From contig CATNEN010000033.1 in assembly GCA_950097015.1 (NCBI GenBank), positions 4,960,001 to 5,024,000 of the forward strand: 64,000 nucleotides of DNA, in the 5' to 3' direction. The stretch's first letter is position 1, and every line of letters starts with the position of its first letter. Positions 12,750 to 24,200 of this stretch are shown here, piece by piece. The notes beneath the pieces were generated by a model. It saw only the letters and a program-made list of their open reading frames with translations, did not search any database and was not told the origin of the DNA. The position numbers and the translations under genes are program-made. Origin of the DNA: Macrostomum hystrix. Its lineage: Eukaryota; Animalia; Platyhelminthes.

Positions 12750-13260
12750 CGCCCTCGACTCAGCATCGCCTTCGCCTCAGCATCGCCCTCGCCTAAGCAT
12801 CGCCCTCGCCTCAGCATCGCCCTCGACTCAGCATCGCCCCCGACTCAGCATCGCTCTCGCTTCAGCATCGCCCTCGCCTCAGCATCGCCCTCGCCTCAGC
12901 ATCGCCCTCGCCACAGCATCGCGCTCGCCTCTCCCACGCTTCGCCTCCGCCTTCGCCACAGCATAGCCCTCGACTCAGCATAGCCCTCGCCTCAACATCG
13001 CCCTCGCCTCAACATCGCCCTCGCCTCAACATCGCCCTCGCCTCAACATCGCCCTCGCCTCAACATCGCCCTCGCCTCAACATCGCCTTCGCCTCAACAT
13101 CGCCCTCGCCTCAGAATCGTCCTCGACTCAACATCGCCCTCGCCTCAGAATCGTCCTCGACTCAGCATAGCCCTCGCCTCAGCATAGCCCTCGCCTCAGC
13201 ATAGCCCTCGTCTCAACATCGCTCTCGCCTCAGCATCGCCCTCGACTCGCCCTAGCCTCA
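12750..13260. repeat. Minisatellite, 17-bp unit CAGCATCGCCCTCGCCT
   Basis: Direct inspection. Confidence 0.93.
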
Positions 13261-14009
13261 ACATAGAATCGTCCTCGCCCCATAATCGCCATCGTCTCGC
13301 TCCATCATCGCCATCTCGCCTTTGCCCTCGCCCTCTTCCTCGTTGTCGCTCTGTTTCTCACCCTTGCTTTCGCTCTCCTTGTCGATCTCGCCCTTATCTA
13401 GCCTCCCTCTAGCCAGTGCCTCAACTCGCTCTCCCTCTCGCCCAAACTCCACCTTCGCTCCTCACCCTCACCTCCCTCAGTAAGCTCAATATCGATTGCT
13501 CTGCTCTCAGAATTCGCTGTCACTGCTGAATGTCAGCCAATTCTCAGCAGTTCAAACTGAGTTTTTATTTTCTCTTTCCCAAATCCAGGGGGGCCAGTTT
13601 TGTCAAGAAGCTTTATATTATCCTTAAACTTCATAAGGGCGTCAGTTTCACGTCGACGAGGTCCCCCGACCCAGCCAGTCCGCTGTCTCATCTGTGCCCC
13701 TGCAGCTGGGTGTGAAATCCCGGAACAGCTGGGCGGCACTTTATGCCTCCCACAAGGCGTGGAGGTGTCAATCAAACCTCTTCCGCGTGGGAGTCGGGGG
13801 AGAGGCTGGAGTGCCCGGCCCGCGATAAGACTTCCGCGGTTCTCAGGTTCTTGAGATGATTTGATGTCAGAAATCCCATCCGACCCGAGATGGGATGGAA
13901 AATCCCTCTTTTGAAAGATTTCGCTCAGCGTGAAAATCATGGGCGCACGTTTAGATTTAGCTTAATAGAGGGTGACTTAAAGAAGAGAGCACAACCTCAG
14001 ATTCGGATG

Positions 14010-14700
14010 AGAAGTGGCAGTTTCGCGGAAGAAGTGGCAGTTTCGGGGAAGAAGTGGCAGTTTCGGGGAAGAAGTGGCAGTTTCGAATGAAAAGTGGCAG
14101 TTTCGGGGAAGAATTTCGGTTTCGCAGAAGAAATGGCAGTTTTGGAATCCAGAAGTGACAGTTTCCGCGCGAAGTGTCAATTTAGGAGACAAGTGGCAGT
14201 TTCGGGAAAAAGTGGCATTTTCGGCGAAGAAGTGTCAATTTAGGGGACAAGTGGCAGTTTTGGGTAAAAAGTGGCAGTTTCGGGAAAGAAGTGGCAGTTT
14301 CGGGAAAGAAGTGGCAGTTTCGGGAAAGAAGTGGCAGTTTCGGGAAAGGAGTGGCAGTTTCGGGAAAGAAGAGGCTTTTTCTTGAAAGAAGAGGCAGTTT
14401 CGGGAAAAAAGTGGCGGTTTATGGGAAGAATCGGAAGTTTTGTGGAAGAATTTGCAGTTTCGGGGAAGAAGTTCGGTTTCGCAGAAAAAATGGCAGTTTC
14501 GGATTAAAAGCGGCAGTTTCCACGAGAAGTCTCTATTTAGGGGACAAGTGGCAGTTTTGGGGGGAAAAAGTGGCAGTTTAGGCGAATAATCGGCAGTTTC
14601 GGGAAGAATTCGCAGTTTTGGGGAAGAAGTGGGAGTTTCCGCGCGAAGTGGCAGCTTCAGGGAAGAAGTGGCAGTTTTAGTCGAGAAGTGGCAGTTCCGA
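14010..14700. repeat. Degenerate minisatellite, about 20-bp unit GAAGTGGCAGTTTCGGGAAA
   Basis: Direct inspection. Confidence 0.9.
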
Positions 14701-15624
14701 CAAGTTTCTTGGAAACGTCGCAGCAAAGATGGCTTTCGTACGAGTATATCCATTTCTGTAACTTTATCCCGCAATTCTGTCAATTCATCCTGCTATAAAA
14801 ATATTTTACGGGCGCCAGAGCAAGTGGAAGCGAGAGACGACCCGGCTCAAGTCACATTTTTCTAGCTCAGAGCACCGCTGCGGACTATTGCAGTTATTGC
14901 AGTACCTGTCAATCAAGCCCAGCGGACCAGCCCAGCCCGCTAATCCGCCATTATGAATATTATTATTCCCGCATTGGAAATTCAAAAGCTCTCAGAGACG
15001 GCGCACTCAATGGCGCATTTTTTTCGTTTTTCTCCCCTCTGTGTCTCAGCCTGTCAGTCTGTAATCCCACCACCGAGGCGCCACAAATAGCGGGGGAATA
15101 GGCATAGCCCGGGATAATAGAAATGGATTGGGAAGATTTTTAGCGAGCACTCGCCCGCTTTCAAATTCGAAATCTGGGATTTCTGGGCGGGCGGCGCTGC
15201 AGCGAAAGTCAGTCAGACGACGAGAGGGCGGGGGGCGGCGGAAACGGGGCGGGCGGCAACCAGAAAATCAATCGGACACGGGAAAACTTTCTTGTTTGCG
15301 CGCTCGGCATCCGATCCCCCATTCTAGTTTCCTCCCCAGTTTGGGGTCTGGACGCATCGAGGGACACGCGGGGGTTTCTTGAGGATAAAATAGCCTCATC
15401 GCATGGGAGTGTTTTCCCCTGCGTGTTGGCGGCCCGCCTAGCGTGTCGCCCGGCCGCAGTTGTATTTCTTGTCGAGTTCGAGCGACAGGGAAACGGTGGG
15501 ACACAGAACTGCTCTTTGGCGACTAAAGTGCCCGCTGATTGACACTTCATCCGCCAATGATTTCTCCCAAGCCAGTTATCCTCTCAGGAGGAAACACGAG
15601 TCGCTCATTCCAACTGTTTCGCTT

Positions 15625-16125
15625 ATCAGTCTGTATCTGTTCCATCAGTCTGTATCTGTTCCATCAGTCTGTATCTGTTCCATCAGTCTGTATCTGTTCC
15701 ATCAGTCTGTATCTGTTCCATCAGTCTGTATCTGTTCCATCAGTCTGTATCTGTTCCATCAGTCTGTATCTGTTCCATCAGTCTGTATCTGTTCCATCAG
15801 TCTGTATCTGTTCCATCAGTCTGTATCTGTTCCATCAGTCTGTATCTGTTCCATCAGTCTGTATCTGTTCCATCAGTCTGTATCTGTTCCATCAGTCTGT
15901 ATCTGTTCCATCAGTCTGTATCTGTTCCATCAGTCTGTATCTGTTCCATCAGTCTGTATCTGTTCCATCAGTCTGTATCTGTTCCATCAGTCTGTATCTG
16001 TTCCATCAGTCTGTATCTGTTCCATCAGTCTGTATCTGTTCCATCAGTCTGTATCTGCTCCATCAGTCTGTATCTGTTCCATCAGTCTGTATCTGTTCCA
16101 TCAGTCTGTATCTGTTCCATCAGTC
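15625..16125. repeat. Near-perfect minisatellite, 19-bp unit ATCAGTCTGTATCTGTTCC
   Basis: Direct inspection. Confidence 0.96.
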
Positions 16126-16914
16126 TTTATCCGCTGTAACAGACTCTAACAGTCTATATCTATTGTAGTGTCTTTACTATCTTTCTAGCTTATCTTTATA
16201 AATGTCTAGCTCGAACCTGTTTTTATGTGACCAAAGGGATTTAAGTCGCTAACAGACAATTAATCCTAATCCGTTCTTATTCAGTTCCAGTTCCAACCTG
16301 TCTGCTCCTCATTCCCTTATTTCCGGCTACCAAAAAACGATGAAAGTTGACTCAGTCTCCAAGAAACCCTGAAATTAACCTCCGGCATTTTTCGATCAAG
16401 CAGCAGCAGCAGCCACTCGCGAGCGAGTCCAAGCGAAATAAGCAGCTGCCCAGTCTCATGGCTTGCTGGTTCCGCTTAAGGGCCAACAACTTGCACTTTT
16501 AAAGTGACTTCTTGTCTGGGCATGATAAATTGTCTAAAAATAGCCCGCCGGCATCTTCCAGCTGGGAGGAGCTCTTCAGCCCACGCAAGCTATTCAGCTG
16601 CTGCTGCTGCTGCTGCGGCACGGCTCACTTGGCTTCAGAGAGGAGGGCCGCAGCTTGAAAAATAATGCGTCGAAAGGCAGAAAGTCTTGACAATGCAAAC
16701 AATGAGCGAGTGATTGGGTCGGCTGAGCGATCTCGCATGGGGCTGAGCGCGCGGGAGATGCACTGAAACGTGACCTGACGTTCTGGCGGAATTTCTCAAT
16801 GGGAGAACAATGATTTCTTTGTAAAGAAACTCACAGATCATGCCAGGATTGTTTGGAAGACAAGAGCGACTGAAGAGAAACAAGAAAGACAGACAAACAG
16901 GAATGTGGGATAAG

Positions 16915-18515
16915 TGGGTGGGAATGTGGCATAGACAAGGCGAGAATAGGGGATAAACAAGGGGGAATGTGGCATAGACAAGGGTAGAATGTGGCATAGA
17001 CAAGGGTAGAATGTGGCATAGACAAGGGTAGAATGTGGCATAGACAAGGGGAGAAAGTTAGATAAACAAGGGGAGAATTTTAGATAAACAAGTGGAGAAT
17101 TTTAGATAAACAAGGGGAGAATGTTAGATAAACAAGGGGAGAATGTTAGATAAACAAGGGGAGAATTTTAGATAAACAAGGGGAGAAAGTTAGATAAACA
17201 AGGGGAGAATTTTAGATAAACAAGGGGAGAATGTTAGATAAACAAGGGGAGAATTTTAGATAAACAAGGGGAGAATGTTAGATAAACAAGGGGAGAATGT
17301 TAGATAAACAAGGGGAGAATGTTAGATAAACAAGTGAAGAATGTTAGATAAACAAGTGGAGAATGTTAGATAAACAAGGGGAGAATTTTAGATAAACAAG
17401 GGGAGAATTTTAGATAAACAAGTGGAGAATGTTAGATAAACAAGGGGAGAATTTTAGATAAACAAGGGGAGAATTTTAGATAAACAAGGGGAGAATTTTA
17501 GATAAACAAGTGGAGAATGTTAGATAAACAAGGGGAGAATTTTAGATAAACAAGGGGAGAATTTTAGATAAACAAGGGGAGAATTTTAGATAAACAAGTG
17601 GAGAATGTTAGATAAACAAGGGGAGAATTTTAGATAAACAAGGGGAGAATGTTAGATAAACAAGGGGAGAATGTTAGATAAACAAGGGGAGAATGTTAGA
17701 TAAACAAGGGGAGAATGTTAGATAAACAAGGGGAGAATTTTAGATAAACAAGTGGAGAATGTTAGATAAACAAGGGGAGAATGTTAGATAAACAAGGGGA
17801 GAATGTTAGATAAACAAGGGGAGAATGTTAGATAAACAAGTGGAGAATGTTAGATAAACAAGGGGAGAATGTTAGATAAACAAGGGGAGAATGTTAGATA
17901 AACAAGGGGAGAATGTTGGATAAACAAGTGGAGAATGTTAGATAAACAAGTGGAGAATGTTAGATAAACAAGGGGAGAATGTTAGATAAACAAGGGGAGA
18001 ATGTTAGATAAACAAGGGGAGAATGTTAGATAAACAAGGGGAGAATTTTAGATAAACAAGTGGAGAATGTTAGATAAACAAGGGGAGAATTTTAGATAAA
18101 CAAGGGGAGAATGTTAGATAAACAAGGGGAGAATGTTAGATAAACAAGGGGAGAATTTTAGATAAACAAGGGGAGAATGTTAGATAAACAAGGGGAGAAT
18201 TTTAGATAAACAAGGGGAGAATTTTAGATAAACAAGGGGAGAATGTTAGATAAACAAGGGGAGAATTTTAGATAAACAAGGGGAGAATTTTAGATAAACA
18301 AGGGGAGAATGTTAGATAAACAAGGGGAGAATTTTAGATAAACAAGGGGAGAATTTTAGATAAACAAGGGGAGAATTTTAGATAAACAAGGGGAGAATTT
18401 TAGATAAACAAGGGGAGAATGTTAGATAAACAAGGGGAGAATTTTAGATAAACAAGGGGAGAATGTTAGATAAACAAGGGGAGAATGTTAGATAAACAAG
18501 GGGAGAATGTGGCAT
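16915..18515. repeat. Minisatellite, 22-bp unit GATAAACAAGGGGAGAATGTTA
   Basis: Direct inspection. Confidence 0.96.
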
Positions 18516-19609
18516 GGATTTGAAGAGTTTTGTTTAGGCAGGGGACAATTTAGCATGGTTTTAGGGCAGAGGGGGAGAGAGCAAGTTGCAAGCGGTTCGC
18601 GGCACCATCTCAGGCCGCCTTGAACTGTCTCCGCACTCTCCACGCAGCCAGTCAGCCGCATTCCTGCCAGTGCTCAGACTCCGATGGCTCAATCTCGATC
18701 CCCAGCTCGATTCGCATCCCCGCCAGCTGAAATGCCAGTCTGTCTGGCCAAGCGGCGGCTGCGCCGCAGGCGGGCGTCGGCGGCCCATGTTTTGGCCCCC
18801 ATATTGACAGACTGAGCTGCTCGGCCTATTGATTTCCAGTCTGAGCTGGTCTGTTGGCCCAGAATCCACTTTTCCTACTCTTGCCAAGTGCTCACGCATT
18901 TTTCTCCTCATCTTTGAGTTGTCAGGCGGCTTGTTGAGGCTTCCCCACCCTCCACAATCACAGCTCCTCCAGCCGGTGATTTCCTCTCGTTTTGCTACTT
19001 CGGGCTCTCCATCAACCAAAAGAGAGAGTTGACAGATTGATTGACAGATGATTGACTGAGAGATTGATAGAGAGATAGATATTTACTGATAGATTGACGG
19101 AAGGATGGGTAGCAGGGGGGCGGCAGTCGGTCAGTTTCCTTCATCTGACGAATCGCACACATCGCAGCTGACAGTCCCATTGCCCCCCCAAGCGAAACGG
19201 CCCGGCAAAGTCTGGCCCCGACCCGGCTGCACAATTAAAAATCGCGAAATCCCAAGCTAGAAAGAAATCCCAACTCCTCACTGCGTAACTACAGTCAACC
19301 CCCCTCCGCAGTGTCCCATGGCATTGCTCCGCAGAATCCTTAAATGAAGTCCGCAGCTGGTCGTGACGCGGTCCGCGGGGGCTGGGATGGCCCGGACTTG
19401 TCGGCCTGTTACACAGCGGAGTTAGACAAAGACTAGCGCCGCAGTCGAATTCACCCGCAAGCAAAAAATATGGCTTAGGCGGCCGCTGTCTCTCTTTCTG
19501 CCCCGCCCATTTCTGCCAGCTTTTTACAGTCATAATAATCCGATTTTTGTCAGGCCAAGTCAACAGTTTGGCATGGCCTGTTTGTTTATTCCTGCCTTTG
19601 ATTACCATC

Positions 19610-19785
19610 TCCTAATCTGCCTGCCACCACCTGTGCATCTCCTAATCTGCCTGCCACCACCTGTCCATCTCCTAATCTGCCTGCCACCACCTGTCCATCT
19701 CCTAATCTGCCTGCCACCACCTGTCCATCTCCTAATCTGCCTGCCACCACCTGTCCATCTCCTAATCTGCCTGTTACTACCTGTC
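19610..19785. repeat. Minisatellite, 30-bp unit CCATCTCCTAATCTGCCTGCCACCACCTGT
   Basis: Direct inspection. Confidence 0.93.
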
Positions 19786-20589
19786 CATCTCTCTCCTAAC
19801 ATTTTAGCCTCCCAGTATTTGTTTCTAAGCGGCCAACAGGTCGCAGTTTTTAAAGTGCAGAGTTTGAGCAAAGCAACTCACCGGCCCAGCGGAGAGCAGC
19901 ACACCTGGCAGTTGTCGGAGGACATTCGGCAGGGCTCGAGTGTTCAGTCAGTCTGCAGCGGCAAGGAAATGCTGAACGGCAGCCAGCAACAGCAGAGAGC
20001 GGCCCACAAGTTGGCTAATTTATATTCCAGCCAGACTGTCTTCTGTTAATAAGGCCTCCCCAACTTTGGTCCGGCCTGCCCCCAACCCCACCGACCTCTG
20101 CAAGTTACTGGGCCAGACTGTGCAGGAGGCAGAAACAGGACGGCGAGGGACTGGAGGCCCAGCCAATCAGGACTCGCGCTCAACTGACAGCCGCGGCCTG
20201 CAGAAAACTTAACACCGGTCTGTGGGGGGTGGAGGGGGAAAGTCAAATTGGGATTCCGTGTGCAGTTCTTGCCGTAGGACAAAATCCTGAAGGGGGTTAA
20301 GGGGAGTGCGGGATGAATAGGGAGTGAAATGGGTCGCCTGCAGCGGCCAGACACAATCAATGTTTGAAAAGCACCAGCCACTTGCAGCTGAGTCAGGCTA
20401 AACGGATGAGTGGCGGCAATTACTCTGTCAGAATGATGCTGTCAGATGCTGTCAGATGCTGTCAGATGCTCTGTACAATACCAGGCTGTCTGCCTGCTAG
20501 CCTGTTGCGATTCACTAATGCATAATTAATTTGCACCAGCGCACATCGTTCCTGATAGAAATCCCCTTAGTAAGGGGATTGTAGCCCCC

Positions 20590-20703
20590 ATAAGAGGTGT
20601 TAGAGTGCCGAACTAACGACTTAAAGGTCGGGGGTTCGATTCCTGACTTGAAGGTCGGGGGTTCGATTCCCGACTTAAAGGTCGGGGGTTCGATTTCCGA
20701 CTA
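20590..20703 (+). repeat. tRNA/SINE-head remnant with the T-arm/B-box segment triplicated (27-bp unit)
   Basis: CGACTTAAAGGTCGGGGGTTCGATTCC-like units at 20617, 20644 and 20671. Confidence 0.7.
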
Positions 20704-21087
20704 GATTAGAACAATTTGCATCCTTTATCAAGCCAATAAATCTGCATTGCTTGGGTGGGTGTGGCGTGGGTCCCTCCCAGTCCATGGACTGAACAGCCGT
20801 ACGTACAGAAAAATTATAGAAAAAACAGAGACAAAGATACAAAGCCAGAACCCTTTAAATAAAGACACTAGTGCTGTTATAAAAACGTAGCGCAAGCGCA
20901 GCAATGGTCTAGAATATTTTTGCAAAAAACTTTAGTAGAAGAAGCAGAAAAATTTGTAAAAAAAATCAAAACGACTGAATAAACAAATTCTGCGAGCCAG
21001 AATGAAATCTAGAAAGGGAATAACTATCTGGCACTGAGGCAAGACAAACAACTCGCTGTACAGTCTTCCGGTCTCTGCTCCTGCCAG

Positions 21088-21171
21088 CTAGAATCGGTGC
21101 GCGTGACCCATTGGCGCCAGCTCGTTCAAAGGACTGCGGACAATACGCTGCTGCTGCTGCTGCTGCGGCAT

Positions 21172-21224
<53 letters not shown>

Positions 21225-21231
21225 CACCAGG
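21088..21231 (-). CDS. ccm2: Alternative terminal exon 4b of the CCM2-like gene (PGE-Q17-MP-Q6-RIVRSPLNELAPMGHAHRF*)
   Basis: Phase-0 acceptor TTATTCGCAG|CCT at 21232/21231, 47 open codons to TAG 21090-21088. The last 8 aa are identical to exon 4a. Not in the supplied ORF track. Confidence 0.75.
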
Positions 21232-24200
21232 CTGCGAATAATGTCGCAAATGAATGAGACATTAACCTAATTTTTCCAGAACGGTTTGCACACTGAGAAC
21301 CAGAATATGACAGCAAAACACACTGTTCAGTCACTTGCAACACGAGATGACCAGAAAGAGGATCTCTGCATCAGTGAGCGGATCTGGGAATCAGTGAGGG
21401 AATCAGTGATGAGATCTGGGAGTCAGTGAGGGGATCTGGGAATCAGTGAGGGGAATCAGTGAGGGGATCTGCGAATCAGTGAGGGGAATCAGTGAGGGGA
21501 ATCAGTGAGGGGAATCAGTGAGGGGAATCAGTGATGGGATCTGGGAATCAGTGAGAGGAATCAGTGAGGGGAATCAGTGATGGGATCTGGGAATCAGTGA
21601 GAGGAATCAGTGAGGGGAATCAGTGAGGGGATCTGGGAATCAGTGAGTGGATCTAGGAATCAGTGGTGGGAATCAGTGAGAGGAATCAGTGAGGGGAATC
21701 AGTGATGGGAATCAGTGATGGGATCTGGGAGTCAGTGAGGGGATCTGGGAATCAGTGAGGGGAATCAGTGAGGGGAATCAGAGATGGGAATCAGTGAGGG
21801 GAATCAGTGATGGGATCTGGGAATCAGTGAGAGGAATCAGTGAGGGGAATCAGTGAGGGGAATCAGTGATGGGAATCAGTGATGGGATCTGGGAGTCAGT
21901 GAGGGGATCTGGGAATCAGTGAGGGGATCTGGGAATTAATGAGGGGATTTGGGATGGTGGCTGCTCAGTTAAAGGATCTGGGATTTCGGCCATGAGTAAG
22001 GAGATGTGGGATTTCGGCTGATCAGTGATTGCTTCGTTGAAATGTAAAGCAAGGAAAAGTGGGAAAACTGTGAGTGAGCGGACTCACCAGGGCGGCCGAT
22101 TGCTGCATGCCAGCCACCGCAGCGGCCGAGCTGTCATCAGCAGAGCAGGATCCGGCTCCGCTGTCATCGCGTGGCTCTTTCGAAGTCATGATGCTCGCAG
22201 GTATGGCTATGCTAGAGTATCTAATGGGCGTAGGTGCACCGATTAACTGAAATATCATTGTAGCCTCATTGAACTTTTGCTCTGGAGGCTACAATGAATG
22301 AGATGTGATGCAGTCTTATTCGAATAGAGGAATAGAGGCCATTCTCATGAGAGAATAGAGGCCATTCTCGTGAGGGAATAGAGGCCATTCTCGTGAGGGA
22401 ATAGAGGCCATTCTCGTGAGGGAATAGAGGCCATTCTCGTGAGGGAATAGAGGTCATTCTCGTGAGGGAATAGAGGCCATTCTCGTGAGGGAATAGAGGC
22501 CATTCTCGTGAGGGAATAGAGGTCATTCTCGTGAGGGAATAGAGGCCATTCTCGTGAGGGAATAGAGGCCATTCTCGTGAGGGAATAGAGGCCATTCTCG
22601 TGAGGGAATAGAGGCCATTCTCGTGAGGGAATAGAGGTCATACTCGTGAGGGAATAGAGGTCATTCTCGTGAGGGAATAGAGGCCATTCTCGTGAGGGAA
22701 TAGAGGCCATTCTCGTGAGGGAATAGAGGCCATTCTCGTGAGGGAATAGAGGTCATACTCGTGAGGGAATAGAGGCAATTCTCGTGAGGGAATAGAGGTC
22801 ATTCTCGTGAGGGATTAGAGATCATTCTCGTGAGGGAATAGAGGCCATTCTCGTGAGGGAATAGAGGTCATACTCGTGAGGGAATAGAGGCAATTCTCGT
22901 GAGGGAATAGAGGTCATTCTCGTGAGGGAATAGAGATCATTCTCGTGAGGGAATAGAGGTAATTCTCGTGAGGGAATAGAGGTCATACTCGTGAGGGAAT
23001 AGAGGCCATTCTCGTGAGGGAATAGAGGCCATTCTCGTGAGGGAATAGAGGCCATTCTCGTGAGGGAATAGAGGTCATACTCGTGAGGGAATAGAGGCCA
23101 TTCTCGTGAGGGAATAGAGGCCATTCTCGTGAGGGAATAGAGGTCATACTCGTGAGGGAATAGAGGCCATTCTCGTGAGGGAATAGAGGCCATTCTCGTG
23201 AGGGAATAGAGGCCATTCTCGTGAGGGAATAGAGGCCATTCTCGTGAGGGAATAGAGGCCATTCTCGTGAGGGAATAGAGGCCATTCTCGTGAGGGAATA
23301 GAGGCCATTCTCGTGAGGGAATAGAGGTCATACTCGTGAGGGAATAGAGGTCATTCTCGTGAGGGAATAGAGGCCATTCTCGTGAGGGAATAGAGGCCAT
23401 TCTCGTGAGGGAATAGAGGCCATTCTCGTGAGGGAATAGAGGTCATACTCGTGAGGGAATAGAGGCAATTCTCGTGAGGGAATAGAGGTCATTCTCGTGA
23501 GGGATTAGAGATCATTCTCGTGAGGGAATAGAGATCATTCTCGTGAGGGAATAGAGGTAATTCTCGTGAGGGAATAGAGGTCATACTCGTGAGGGAATAG
23601 AGGCCATTCTCGTGAGGGAATAGAGGCCATTCTCGTGAGGGAATAGAGGCCATTCTCGTGAGGGAATAGAGGTCATACTCGTGAGGGAATAGAGGCCATT
23701 CTCGTGAGGGAATAGAGGCCATTCTCGTGAGGGAATAGAGGTCATACTCGTGAGGGAATAGAGGTCATTCTCGTGAGGGAATAGAGGCCATTCTCGTGAG
23801 GGAATAGAGGCCATTCTCGTGAGGGAATAGAGGCCATTCTCGTGAGGGAATAGAGGTCATACTCGTGAGGGAATAGAGGCAATTCTCGTGAGGGAATAGA
23901 GGTCATTCTCGTGAGGGAATAGAGGCCATTCTCGTGAGGGAATAGAGGCCATTCTCGTGAGGGAATAGAGATCATTCTCGTGAGGGAATAGAGGTAATTC
24001 TCGTGAGGGAATAGAGGTCATACTCGTGAGGGAATAGAGGCCATTCTCGTGAGGGAATAGAGATCATTCTCGTGAGGGAATAGAGGCCATTCTCGTGAGG
24101 GAATAGAGGCCATTCTCGTGAGGGAATAGAGGTCATACTCGTGAGGGAATAGAGGCAATTCTCGTGAGGGAATAGAGGTCATTCTCGTGAGGGAATAGAG

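Noticed and set aside
16400-16620. A third ccm2 terminal exon at the CTG tracts
   Set aside because: The polyQ-like frame stops without the PMGHAHRF motif and has no convincing acceptor.
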